Position numbers and translations under genes: made by a program. A model generated the notes under the pieces. The model had not been told where the DNA came from. It did no database searches and saw nothing but the letters and a program-made list of their open reading frames with translations. 64,000 bases of DNA. Source: Leucoraja erinacea. Taxonomy: Eukaryota. Positions 46,691-59,675 of the stretch are shown in pieces. Position 1 is the first letter of the stretch, and the number at the start of each line of letters is the position of its first letter. The DNA lies in NCBI RefSeq assembly GCF_028641065.1, contig NC_073386.1, forward strand, positions 16,492,001 to 16,556,000, in the 5' to 3' direction.

Positions 46691-48374
46691 GTTTCAGATT
46701 TGGGCTTCTTTCAAGTGCAGTTGGTGCCAAAGCACGCATCTTCGTGCATGTGCAAGAACAGGAAATGTAGCAGTTCAGGTACTGAGACAGCTGCCTAGCC
46801 ACTCAGAACAGGAAGCAAATGAGTTTGCCAAGGATGATCTGTGCACATTGAACCAGGGAATGGTTACTTGCATCTCTAGAAATAAAAAGGGAAAAGCTGA
46901 GTAGGATGTCAGCTTTCTCTTTAAAGTCCATTGGATCCACTTGCTGCCTGGTTCAAATAGCCAGAACATTCACATTGCACGCTGTCAGTGTTTACACTGC
47001 AATCAATGCCTCGTTTGGCCCGAGTTCTTAACTTGCACATGGCAACAGCTTCCTGCAAATTGTAGCAGGAAATTCTCAGGAATATCACCAGCAGTTGAGG
47101 TAATATACTGAAATTTACAACATGGGTGAGAAATAGATGGTCGGCAGCTGAAGTGTGAAAAACTGTGCGTTTAGCTCTTGATTCAACTGTTGTGACTGTT
47201 TTATGCCATATTGCTTGAATATGTCTCGTTTCCTGGCTGATGGTGTTACTTTTACATGGGTGTAGCGGCACCAAACGTGGTGAATAAACATTTGCTTTAT
47301 TCAGTGAGATAATAGGTTTGAAATACAGTTTGGTCCTCTGGCATAATAATGTCATTGCTGCTGCAGCTGAGTGAGGGTGTTGTCTTGAGCTCAGCTACCT
47401 GTTGACTGAGGTGATTTCAAGGTGAGATATGCTTATGTAGCAGAACACTCCCCTTAACCCCATGACGTCACTTGACAGCCCTCGTAACCACTGACGAGGG
47501 TTCGACCGCAAGTGGTCTGACCATCAGTTGACGGCACATGGGCACATTTATTTGTATTTGCTGAAATGATTTGCACATTCATTTGCCCGTTGGTGAATTG
47601 CATGTTTTGCTATCAAATGGATATGTGTGTATTTGTGTAGGAGGAAACTGCAGATGATGGCTTGTGCCAAAGATAGACACAACATGCGAAGTAATTCAGC
47701 GGATCAGGCAACATCTCTAGAGAATAAGAATAGGTGACATTTCAGGTCGGAACCCTCCTTCTTGATTTGTATTTGTGTTTATTTCAAACTGTTTATTGGA
47801 CATCTTTGAGATTCAAAGTCTGATCATCTCACTATGCACCCAGAGTAAACCATCACCAGTTAATCATTATTCTACAACATCGCAATTGCTAGGTTAACAT
47901 ATAAATCCGGAATAAATCATATGGAGTTTCCAAATGGTGAAGTTTGCAGGTAATAATAAAAATGGAAGACAGGAAGTCCTGCCTTGTAGATTACAGTGAT
48001 GTATTTTCTCAGTATTTTTTATGCGAGATATGTTAGAAATATGATATTGATTTAGAATGCAACAAAATGCTGAACCTGGCAGGTGGTGCAAAATGAAATT
48101 ATGACTTGAAAAAGGGTCAAAATAAGGTAACAATCCTGACTTAATTGAACATAAGGAAGACCTATTAAGGCTCTTTCTGCACTGTGCTGACAAGATGCAA
48201 TTGACAAGTGACAGACATAGATGTCCTCTCCTATGTACTGACAAGTGTAAGCAGCATTGATTAATATTGTCACTTCTCGTTGGAATTAACCAGACAGAAA
48301 ACTGAACCTCATGGTTGTTTACCTGCAACCAAAACAAAATGCAGCGCTGTAAACATGAGAGCAATATTTGTGTG

Positions 48375-48650
48375 GTTTAGTTTACTTTAGAGATATAGCG
48401 GGTAAACAGGATCTTCGTCCCACCGAGTTTGCGCTGACCAGCGATCCCCACACATTAGCACTATGCAACACACTAGCGACAATTTTTAGCAAAGCCAATT
48501 AAGCTGCATACCTGTATGTCTTTGGAGTGTGGGAGGAAACCCGAAAACCCACTTGGTCACAGGGAGAACATACAAACTCCGTACAGACAGCGCCCGTGGT
48601 CAGGATCAAACCAGGGTGTCTGGCGTTGTTAGGCTGCAACTCTACTGCAG
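48375..48650 (-). mobile_element. tRNA SINE
   Basis: Typical body and tail in antisense. Confidence 0.85.
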
Positions 48651-48804
48651 AAAAGGCTTAGAAAAGAAATGAACTCCAAGACCTCAGCAAGTGCTCTTGA
48701 CTGCCAGAACCACATCAGTTACTCACAAATGCAGGTAGCCAGAATTCTGAACCTCAAGCAATTAACTAAGTTACGCGTTAGACTTATTCAGCTAGTGAGT
48801 CACA

Positions 48805-49055
48805 GAGTCATACAGTGTGGAAACAGGTCATTCAGTCTAACATGCCCACACCAACCAACATGTCCCATCTACATGTCCCACTTGACTGCGCTTGGCCCAT
48901 ATCCCTGTAAGCCTGTCCTACCCATGCACCTGTCTAATTGTTTCTTAAACGTTGCGATAGTCACTGCCTCAACTACTTCCTCCAGCAGCTCGTTCCATAC
49001 ACTCACCACCCTTTGTGTGAAAAAGTTACCTCTCAGATTCCTATAAAATCTTTCC
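48805..49055 (-). mobile_element. CR1 3' end
   Basis: NLRGNFFTQRVVSVWNELLEEVVEA. Confidence 0.88.
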
Positions 49056-49464
49056 CCCTTTTGGGGGGAATTTTGCTGTAACACTGTATGCATTATGTAA
49101 GTATATGCACCTTAATCATTTGGAATGTCATAGTGAATTTGATGTAAAGCTGTGCGGGATATTGTATCATTATAATACACTGGATGTTACAGTGCGTGGT
49201 GTCCAAAATACACTGCAACATCACGTGCAATAAAGGTCTACACAAACTTTGACCCGATATATTGAGGCACCAGATCCACTGTGACCCAATGTGTAACCAG
49301 GTAACGTCAAACAGCATCCAGCCTCTTGCTAAATATTCTAAATTTCATCATGAATTGCAGGATCTAGAGAGAGTAATTTTTCAATCATGCACTAGCAGTG
49401 AGCAAGGTTCCTCGTCACAGGTACATGGTCAACGCATTTTTTGTTTACTCACAGTCATAGTCTT

Positions 49465-49752
49465 ATTAGAGTTTAGAGATACAGCATGGAAATAGCCCCT
49501 TTGGCCAACCCAGTCCACGTGCACCAGCACTATCCTACACACTAGGAATTATTTATAAATCTAACAAAGCCAAGAAACTTACAAAGCTCTACGTCTTTGG
49601 AGTGTGAGGAAACCGAAGCACCCGGAGAAAACCCATGCGGTTACAAGGAGGACTTACAAACTCCGTACAGATAGAAAGGCCATGGTCAGGATCGAACCCG
49701 GGTCTCAGACGCTGCAAGGCATCAACTCTAATGCTGCACCACCGTGCCACCC
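49465..49752 (-). mobile_element. tRNA SINE
   Basis: caggatcgaacccgggtctc antisense B-box; tail gtttagagatacagc. Confidence 0.8.
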
Positions 49753-50439
49753 CAGTATTGGACTATAATTTCCTGGTTGGTCCTTTTCCCACTTTCGAAG
49801 AAGGCCGTATTATTTGTCCATCTTTCATTCCTTTGGGCCAGTTCCTATTTCTAAACATAGTTACAAATTCATTCCTCTGCTATTTTATGGCACCCATACC
49901 ACCTGGAACTGGTGAGTTGATATTTTTAGTATCACTACTAATTTAAATACAGTAAATTTTCAAATATTTTACAACAGTTGCAGCTCCTTACTGTGAATGT
50001 AATAGAAGCATGTGTAGGTAACATGATCATTTTATTTTGCTCTGCTATTTTTGAAGGTCAGGTTGATCAACAACCTTGTGTTTCCCTACCAGTCGTCTAT
50101 TTTCCTTCATTCTCTCAATGTAATTTTATTTTTCATTAGCAGTTTTAAATACAATGACTGAGTATCTGTATCATCTGTGGCAGTGAACTTCAAAGATTTA
50201 TAATCCGCTGGGTAAAATAGTTTCTTGTCATCTCCTCTCTAATGACTGACCCCCATACCTTGAGAAAATGCCCTCTAGTTATTCACCTTTCCAATGCAGA
50301 ATGGTGAGTCCTCAGCAATAGTCTTACCTTTGTACTCCTATGCCCACACGTCAATGAGTTATGGGCTCGTCACAATGTTAAACTCTTCTTCATTGCCTCC
50401 GCCTCTGGACGTTTTTCTCTGGCTAGGAGTCCTCATCTC

Positions 50440-51700
50440 CCAGTGCTGAACTTGTCCTGTCCCCAACACTCCCCCTCCTCGTGCTGTTCCCTCTTGCCGG
50501 CCCTCTACTTTCTTTTGTCTTTTTCCTCCACCCAGACGGAACAAGGATAAACTTCCCCTAGTTCTTAACTTTCACCCCACAAGCCTCTGCATCCAACACA
50601 TCATTCTTCGACATTTCCACTACCTTCAATGTGATACCCCCACCATTCACACCTTCCTATCCTCACCCCTTTCTGCCTTCCACAGAGGTGGCTCCCTCTC
50701 CAACTTCTTGATTCATTCAGCCCTTCCCACCCAAACCCAGGTACGTTCCCCTGTAATTGCAGGAGATGCAACATCTGGCTCCATACTTCCATCATCGCAT
50801 CCATCCAAGAACCCCAGCAGCCCCCAGCAGATGTGACAGAAGTTCACGTGCATCTCCTCCAACTCCATTTACTGCACCAGTGTTCCCGATGTGGCCTCAT
50901 GTACATTGGCGAGACCAAGCGTGGACTTGGTGACTATTTCGCTAAATACTTGCACTCGGTCCACCAAGGCCTGCTGGATCTCCTGGTTTCTAACAGTTTT
51001 AATTCTGCTTCCTATTCCCCTTGATGTCCTAAGCAACCTCCACTGCTGGAGATAAAAACTGAAGGAACACCACCTCATATTCCACTTGGGTAGCTTACCA
51101 TCTACTTGTATGAAAATATGAAATCTCCAATTTAGGCAACCAACCAACAAATACGCCCCCTCCCCCCTTTATATTCCACCGATCTTCCCTGTGCCCCACC
51201 TGGATGTGCACTAATTTCTCCCTTTTCGCTTTCCCCTCTGTCTCCTTCCATCTACATTCATTCCTCTGGCTTCTTCTATCAATAGACAATGGCCAATCCT
51301 TATCTATTTATCTCACACTTTTTGTCTTTTCATCTCTGGCCTTTATCCAACCATCTGTCAATCACCCCCCTCCCACCAATCTGTATCCACCTATCACTTT
51401 GTCTTACACCCACCTCCCTTCCAGCTTCCTCCCCGCTCCTGCCCCATGGCAATCAGTTTGAAGAAGGGAAGGTAGACACAAAAAGCTGGAGTAACTCAGC
51501 GGGACAGGCAGCATCTCTGGAGAGAAGGTGACGTTTCGGGTCGAGTATCATCTGTAGTTCCTTCATACACAGCTTGAAGAAGGGTCCCACCCCGAAACGT
51601 CACCTCTCCATGTTCTCCAGAGATGCTGCCTGACCTGCTCAGATTCTCCAGCACATTGTGTGTTATATTTGCAAATTATCACCTGCAGTTCCTTGTGTTT
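50440..51700 (+). mobile_element. Penelope-like element 3' region (GIY-YIG) with tandem and inverted pLTR pieces
   Basis: CSRCGLMYIGETKRGLGDYFA; pLTR pieces at 51450-51700 including gaagaagggtcccaccccgaaacgtc. Confidence 0.85.
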
Positions 51701-52214
51701 ACCCTCTAGTTCTAGACTCTGCATTGAGGAAACAACATCACAGCATATACCTTGTTTGTTCCAATGCAATTGACTATCAATTTTCTAAACTCCAGTAGGA
51801 AATAGGGCAAACTCCTCATCCCATATTCCCCCCAACAACACCTTCAGTTGTTTTCCCACTTTCAATGGAAAAAGAGGGACATCAGCTAGTTATTCGCCTT
51901 CATTGCCTATAATAATAATAATAATAATAACTTTATTTGTTAAGCACCTTAAAAAAACAACCAAAGCTGACCAAAGTGCTATCCTTCATTCTAAAATGTC
52001 CCTTCATTTCCAAGCAGTAAATATTATAAATGGTAACGTTTTTAGCCAAACGCAGACATACTTAAAGGAGATAGGCTCCTTATCTTTTTACATGTTGTTA
52101 GTTTGAATTTGTGAATCTTTATCCCCATGTTTTTGAGTCGGAAATCCTCCAAAGGATTCCTCCCCAAATTCAACTCGTCCCAACCGCCCCCCGCCAACGG
52201 GTAATCCTTATCCT

Positions 52215-52535
52215 CATATAGTCATAAAGTGCCCTTCGGCTTATCTTATCCGAGCTAAAATGCCCTATCTAAACTAGTCCCATTTACCTGCCTTTGGCCC
52301 ATATCCCTCTCAATCTTTCCTATCCATGTACCTGTCCAAGTGTATTTTAAATGCTGCCTGCCTCAACTACCTCCTCTGGCAGCACGTTCCGTGTACGCAC
52401 CACCCTCTGTGTGGAAAAGTGGTCCCCCGGGTTCCTATTAAACCTTTCCCCTCTCACCTTAAACCCCACGTCCTCTGGTTCTTGATTTCCTCACCCTGGA
52501 CATGAAAGACTCGGTGCATTCACCCTATCCATTCC
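52215..52535 (-). mobile_element. CR1 3' end
   Basis: Antisense tail: ctagtcccattt...caccaccctctgtgtggaaaa...ctctcaccttaaacc. Confidence 0.8.
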
Positions 52536-52879
52536 CCTGGTGCCAGAACTGAGTTCAAATCCAAGGTAGCAGATATTCAGGGAGAGACCACCCAGCCCCC
52601 TGCCCTCCGGTGCAATCATCGTTCAGCATTAATGGGTTGAGAAGGGATGGCTATGTATTACTGAAATTTAAAAAAAATTGGTGAGTGTTCAAAGAAAAAG
52701 ACGGAAACAAGTGTGCGCGGCATTAAAAATATAAGAGCAGTAGTAGACCCCCGTTGCTTTAACGCCCAAACTTATTTTCAGAGAATGTTTCGCTTTCCGT
52801 TAGCGTTGATAGTGAGAGTAATGGAATATGACTGAGCCAGTGTACATGGGGAAAAGCTACCGTGAGCAGTACAGCGAAT

Positions 52880-55420
52880 AAATAGTGGTCTTAAAAAATC
52901 CCCTACTCATACATGGCTGGCTTTGCCCTTGACCTGTACATTTCTCCTTTTTGATCCAGCAGCTTTCTTCGTTTAGTCTCTCCCCCTTCTATTTAAACGT
53001 GACAGATATTTTTTTTAACTCACATCCCCTCAGTGTTACTTGAATTTAACAAGTGGGCTGGAATGCATGGCTGTGTCACAGCGGGTGAGGAAAAAGCTCA
53101 CAGGGGAGTCTTTGTTAAAACTGTTAAGTATTAATTTCTCCTGACGAATTTCCGCTGTCATTTCCCTAATATCGTGCACATGAAATAATCATGTCTTAAA
53201 CCCAGCAGTAATTGAAGATGATTTTCATTTTCCTGGCATCTTGGGAGCAATAATTTCCAACATATGAGATTTAAACCTCTTAGCAGAATGCTTTATACCT
53301 CGTTCCTTGACACGCTGGTTTTAGCTCGTTCTCCCTCTCTCTCTGGTGTTCTATCTCTTCCCTCTCCTCTCTCTCTCTCTATCTCCCTCTCTGTTCTCTC
53401 TCCCTCTCTCTGTTCTCTCTCTCGTTCTCTCGCTGTTCTCTCTCTCTCCTCCCTCTTTCTCTCTCTCTCTCTGATCTCCCCCCCAGTTCACCATTACTAG
53501 TGGTGCTTGAGTTGCCATTCTTTTTTTAAATGCTACACCATCTCCTTCAGGTTTATTTCATTTCCTTTTCATCAAAACTTTACATCATTTTAGTTTTATA
53601 TATATTTTGACCCCCCCCCCCCTTCTCTCTGTTTTTTCCAGATTCGTCATTCTGCACAAGGGCGTCTTTTGCCTTAATATTTCCCATTCTGTTCAATCAG
53701 TTTTTCCCCCCCACCCCCGACTGCACCTCTCAAGCTATTTCACCTCCCCGCGGTTACAGTGCATGGCCCCGTGGCTGACAGTGATTGCAGGGTGGGGTGA
53801 AATGATTTGGACGGGATTGAATGGGCAGTTCCCTGTTTTTGTCCAGTCCTGGGCCAACTGTACGCAGACCAGTTTCTCTGTGGTGCGCTCTGTTCAGTGA
53901 CCTGGAGTGGACTAACCTTGGTGCTACAAGGTAGATTCGAGTAACAAGTGCGGACCAGAGGCCAGACTTATTCTTGAGCTTAGTTCCGTCAGCCTTTTCC
54001 TCTTAAATCCCTCATCATTTACTCCCACCCCCCTCCCCCACCTCCCTCCCCGCTGATCTCATCCGCTGTACCTCTGTCTTTCATTGACTTTATTCTCTAT
54101 CCACCACTTTCGGATAATTCTATGAAATCATTTGCTACTGTTTATTTATTTCCCCTCGCTACTTATTTAACTTTTTGTTAATACTTTTCCAAATCCTCTC
54201 CTGTTTTACTCTGCGTGTTTCCTTCTCGTCCTCTGTCTGTTTCCCACCCCCCCCCCCCCCCCCCCTTCTGTCTGTGTGTGTGTGTGTCTGTGTGTTTCTG
54301 TGCTTTCATTCACAGCCAACTCTCTCTCTCTCTCCCTCGGTCTCTACACAGACGCATTCCCGGCGATACCTGACTGATGGCCGCTAGAAGTGTTGAGATT
54401 TATTAGTGTTTATGCTGGAAGTAGCGGGCAGCCCGCTGCTGAGCTGCGCGGACACAGCACGCCGCAGATTGGGATTTGTCCGCCTTGTATCTGGGAAGCG
54501 ATTTATCAGCCGAGTGGGAGCCAGAGGCGCTGGCTGCCACCTTCTCTGCCTTTCACGGGGGCCACTGGGGTACAAGCGCGCTGATCACAAAATCTATGTA
54601 TGCAATCATATTTCTCTTTAGGTGCGATGAAGCAGTAATACTTGTCACCGCCTGATGAAAGTCATTATTCTGATTAAGTCCCTAAAATATTTCATTTGTC
54701 AGTGACACTCCTTAAGTACTTCCATACTTGCGAGCAGCCAACTGTGTCTATTGACTATGTACCACGTCAATTTACATCGCCAGCGACAACATTATTGTCG
54801 CTAATGTGCCCAACAATACGCACCTATCAAGCTCTCCTATTTCTCCTCGGCTTGCCCTCGGATGTGAAGGTTGTCTACTTTAAAAAATGCATTTTTTTTT
54901 TTTGGTACTCATTTTCAATGTCATAAATTTCAATTTGTGCCTGCAAATTCAGCTATTATCACCTGCGACAAACTTTACAGTCATTCTCCCAAACAGAATG
55001 CAATTTGCTGCCAATGACTAGCAAATGAAACCTGGATGCGAGTTCATTTGTGTGTGTGTGTGTGTGTGTGTGTGCTGTTCCACACTGCTCACACCCCCCC
55101 CCCCCCCCCCCTTCCCAACACCCCACCCCACTAACAATTCTTGTCAATTCTTGCCCTCGCCTTGTTCCACCTCACTTTAACGCCTGCGTTAGTGGAAGAT
55201 CGATTTGTGTGTGTGTGTGTGTGTGTAACGGATACACGTTCCTTCCGCCCTCCCTCGGTTTTTAACAGTTAAATGACGGCGAGAATTGAATGATCTGTCA
55301 AGCCCTTCTAAGTGCACAAGACAGAGTGACAACATTAAAACAGCCGGAGAATGCACACTGAACAAATAAGTTGAGATACAACACAATAATGTTTTTTTCA
55401 TTTCCTGACAAATTTATTGA
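52880..55420. promoter_or_regulatory. TE-poor block, putative conserved non-coding elements
   Basis: About 2.5 kb with no recognisable TE, locally raised CpG, and unique sequence separated by CT/TG/poly-C tracts. Confidence 0.45.
53330..53472. repeat. Imperfect (CT)n tract
   Basis: Direct reading. Confidence 0.9.
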
Positions 55421-55877
55421 ATAAAGAGGGGCACCCAACCCCATCGCACCACAGATAGGTTTTTTCCAGATCCTCCTTTATTTTGTAGCACATTTGCCAC
55501 AGGTTTTGTTTCCTTCGGCCTGAATGCGGGATCAGTCTGTAGGATCAGCATCCACGACTTTCTCCGGGCTGAATTTCTGAGTTCAGAGAGTGAGGTTGAA
55601 GGAGTGAAGTTGAAGGAGTGATGGTGTGAGTTGACAGGGTCCCACTCAGAGTAATCCACAAATCTCAGTTCACTACCTCCAAGCGTTCAAATGATTGCTT
55701 CCTAGCCATCAACTGTTGATGGGCCGAATGGCCTCATTCCACTCCTATAATTAATGAATTGATTACATTTAAATCATAGCTTGGTTTTGCAGTAGAAAAA
55801 CTGCTAAAACAGCTCAAAATACCCCACCACCGCCCTCCGCCTCCCCATTGTTTACCGAATCTTCTTAATCCTTCAGT

Positions 55878-55980
55878 AAAATAGACACAAAATGCTGGAA
55901 TAACTCAGCGGATCAGGCAGCATCCCTGGAGAAAAGGAATAGGTGTTGTTTCGGGTCCAGACCCTTCTTCAGACTGAGAG
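55878..55980 (-). mobile_element. Penelope pseudo-LTR
   Basis: TSD at(c/t)cttcagt at 55868-55877 and 55981-55990. Confidence 0.8.
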
Positions 55981-56332
55981 ATTCTTCAGTGAGTTCTACT
56001 GCCAAAGAATATTTTATAGGGCTATGCAACACATGGGATCTTGCTTTGCCTTGGCATCCTGCCAGGGCCTTCAGTAATCATTGTTATGCAATGATGCTTG
56101 AATTAACAATTGCAACAGGATTATTTTAAAGAAATCATTTGTAGGTGATTTCTGCAAATTTTTGAGCCAATCAATATTATAAATTAACTCATGCAATTTT
56201 GGCCTCTGTAAATTGCCCCATGTGTAGGGAGTGGGAAAAGTGGGGTAATATAGAATTAGTGTGAATGGATGATCGATGGTTGGCACGGAATCAGTGGGCC
56301 AAAAGGCCTGTTTCCATGCTGTAGTTCTAAAC

Positions 56333-56530
56333 CAATGGTTACCAACCTGGGATAAATTTTCCCCCAGGGGTAAATTTCGCCCATCCAGGGGGTAAATTTG
56401 GTGATTCTGGATTTGTACAGATTTTTTCTCATTGACTGACTGTGTTTGGTTCTGGTATATATATCTGTTATTAGTTGTTCTTAAATAAGTGAAATAACAT
56501 TGTTATGTGCTAATAAAGTTGCCGGAGGTG
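56333..56530 (+). mobile_element. Left end of a hAT/Charlie-like DNA transposon
   Basis: caatggttaccaacc after ttctaaac; three ggg(g/a)taaattt subterminal repeats; right end not found. Confidence 0.45.
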
Positions 56531-56759
56531 CATTGGCCATAATGAGTCAAAACACAGTCAAAATACTGTGAGAAATATCACTCATGCTTGTAATCACTCT
56601 CGTTGTAATATATGCCTCTGGAAGGCCCTTCACCTCCAGCCTCCAAAATGGCAAAAAAGATTAAACATAAAAGGAATGGTTTTACTGGGTCATCTAATGT
56701 TTTTACCTTGTAAGTAGCAGATAGTGACCATCAAATATCAAACAACTTCTGAACTTCAT

Positions 56760-56895
56760 TAGACTGAAAAAGGGCCTCGACCCAAAACACTACCTGGTCC
56801 TTCTCTCCAAAGATGCTGCCTGTCCCGCTGAGTTACTCCAGCATTTTGTGTCTATCTTTGATTTAAACCAGCATCTGCAGTTCCTCCCTATACAT
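56760..56895 (+). mobile_element. Penelope pseudo-LTR
   Basis: gatgctgcctgtcccgctgagttactccagcattttgtgtc...catctgcagttcc. Confidence 0.8.
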
Positions 56896-57129
56896 TTTGT
56901 CTGGACTTCAGTAGTTACATTATCACTTAGATTTAGTTTAGTTTAGTTTAGTTTATTGTCACATGTACCGAGATAAAGTGAATTTTTTTTTTTGCATGCT
57001 AACCAGATCTTCAATAAATCTTCATAACAGACACCTTTTTCCCCCATCTCTGCATCCTTTGCCTGAATGCATGAGAATCATCTTCAGCTCCTGCCAGTAG
57101 TTGTACCATAGGGCGTAATGTGTCATGAA

Positions 57130-57360
57130 ATAGGTGGCAAATTCAACAAGGATAATATAATGATTATGGGGATGTTGTTTGGGAAATCAAAATAGTGGTA
57201 ATAGACTGGAAGATGGATTCATGGAGGGCATAAGAGATGATTTTCTATATCGATACACTGAGGAATTAACAAGGGTATTAGCTTTTTTAGAACTAGCATT
57301 GTGCAAAGAGAAAGGGTTGATTAATAATCTGGTAGTTAAATTAGAGAAAAATGCAATAAC
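57130..57360 (+). mobile_element. CR1 endonuclease-region fragment
   Basis: FMEGIRDDFLYRYTEELTR..AFLELALCKEKGLINNLVV. Confidence 0.6.
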
Positions 57361-57584
57361 ATTTTTTTAAAGATTAAATATTCCCTCATATCGGTCATGA
57401 ATTACCAACCCCTTATTTTTGCCATGCAGTTTGGGATTCAATCGACATGGCCTCGACCCGAAATGTCACCCATTCCTCTATCCAGAGATGCTGCCTGTCC
57501 CGCTGAGTTACTCCAGCATTTTGTGTCTATATTCTTTCCAGAACTGGTTTCCGTTGCCAGAACAAAATCCCCAGCATATAATGG

Positions 57585-57897
57585 GTGGCAAGGCGGCGCA
57601 CTGGTAGAGTTGCTGCGTTACAGTGCCAGAGACCCGGCTTGGCTCCTGACTATGGGCGCTGTCTGTACAGAGTTTGTACATTCTCCCTGAGACCTGCGTG
57701 GGTTTTTTACGGGATCTCCGGTATCCTCCAACACTCCAAAGAAGTGCAGGTTTGTAGGTTTATTGGCTTGGTAAAATTGTAAATTGTCCCTAGTGTGTGC
57801 AGGATTGTGTTAGTGTGCGGGGATCGCCAGTCAGCATGAATTGGGTGGGCTGAAGGGCCTGCTTCTGTGCTGTATCTCTAAACTAAACTAAACTAAT
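57585..57897 (+). mobile_element. tRNA SINE
   Basis: Head, body and (aaact)n tail. Confidence 0.88.
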
Positions 57898-58739
57898 AGT
57901 TGCTGATCGTTCTCCCATCTTATTACTTCTACCCTTTTGGGAATCAAAAGTGTTGGTTCTGCTATTACATAATGCCGTGATGTAAGCTTCACATATAGTC
58001 CGTGCCTTGTTAATAGTATGGCAGTTATCCTGATATGGGACAGACATTAATTGTCAGCGTGGCCTACTTTCATTGCAAGCTGTTTCAACACGAAGGAACA
58101 TTTTCAGGCACATTTATTAAATCATTTGTGGATAGGTATCTGGTGATTTAATTAGTTTCATGTATCTGGGACGGAGAAATATATATACATGAGCAGAGTT
58201 CTTGACATGCAACTCAATTCTTATTCTAATCCATGAAACATGCTAAATGACAAAATAATGGTTCCTTTTCAAAACAAAAGCAATAACCCTGAATAACAAC
58301 CTAAGGGGAAAAGATAGTTAAAATATTCCCATTAGTCCTCACTGAAGTCAGCTACTTCATTGTAACTACAGTGCATCACAATGTTTTCAGAGGCAGGTGA
58401 GCACAGGAATCTCATTGTACTTTTTGAAGCCATTGCCATGGGTTTCATGACATGCATTTGTATCTATTGATGCTCTTTTGGAACATATTCCATTCCAATA
58501 TTTCAACAAGAGACGCGAGACACCAAAACCATTCTTAATAGTTAATTATTGTACTTACTATACTTAAAATTGATGCTTAATGTATTGAAAGAAAGGAGTG
58601 CAGATTCAGATTAGTTAATTGTCATGTACACTGGGGTGCAGTAAATGTACTTGTTCACACGAAGCTCATAGAGTACACAGTTTACACGGACAAATATAGA
58701 TGCCGCAATAAATACAATGATAGATGCAACAATAAACGC

Positions 58740-59115
58740 AGGGGTAGCCGCTAGTAGAGCTGCTGCCTCACAGCACCAGAGACCCGGGTTCGATCCTGAC
58801 TTCGGTGTGGTGCTTGCATGTTCTCCCTGTGACTGTGTGGGTTTTCTCCAGATGCTCCAGCTTCCTCCCACATTCCAAAAGCGGCATGGGTTGGTAGGTT
58901 AATCGGCCTTTGTAAAGTGCCTCAAGTGAGTGAGGAGTGGTTACCAAAGTGGGCTCTATGGAATCCCCTTACCCATCCACTCCTTACTAGTGTGAACGGG
59001 TGATCCCCCGCACCCCTCCCCCCTCCCCCCCCCACTCGTCTGAATGGGTGACCAATAGTTGGCGTGGAGCTGGTGGGCCAAAAAGCCCGTCTCACTGCTG
59101 TGTCTCTAAACTTGA
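58740..59115 (+). mobile_element. tRNA SINE (diverged)
   Basis: gtagagctgctgcctcacagcaccagagacccgggttcgatcc...gtctctaaac. Confidence 0.75.
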
Positions 59116-59199
59116 AATAACAACAAATGCAGAACGGTACAAAGCTCGTAGTGCAATATGGTTAGGATTGCCGAGAGGGAAAAAAAAATGGCTAGGATT

Positions 59200-59675
59200 G
59201 CAGGCATCTTTGACAATACTTCCAGCTCTCCAATGTAACGCACTGTGAAGATACAGTAGACTGGGTGGAAGTAAGTGAAGAACCTGTGATGGACGGGGCT
59301 GTGTTCACCACCCTCTGCAGGTGCTGGTGGGCAAGAACAGAGCAGCTGTCATGCAGGCTGAGATGCAACCCACCGGATTACTTTCTATGGTGCATCTATT
59401 CAAGTTTGAGAGGATCCTTGTGGACATGCCAAATCCTCTCAGATCCTTTATGAAGTCTGAAACGACTGTGACAAATTCATTCAGGTCCACTGCCGAGTCC
59501 CTGAACATTGCTGATGGTAAGGGCTAGGTTGTTGTTCTACATCAGGGTCCCGATATTTTTTCAGCACTTTGCCTCATCACTGTTGTTGATCTGACAGTGT
59601 TATCATCAGCAAATGTAATGATCGTGTTGGTGTTGTACTCGGCCACATAGACGTGGATGTACAGGCAATAGAACT
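59200..59675 (-). mobile_element. Rex1/Babar RT fragment
   Basis: Minus translation YCLYIHVYVAEYNTNTIITFADDNTV and LRGFGMSTRIL.N..RCTIES..GCISA. Confidence 0.75.

Noticed and set aside
47466-47533. Hammerhead ribozyme on the minus strand (ctgatgg...gaac)
   Set aside because: Core deviates (CUGAUGG, GAAC, extra bases, no NUH), so it is kept only as a generic fold
46921-48364. 144-aa and 156-aa minus-strand ORFs
   Set aside because: No recognisable homology or motifs and no splice support; lengths are compatible with chance
54436-54460. REST/NRSE-like motif
   Set aside because: Poor match to the TTCAGCACC half-site
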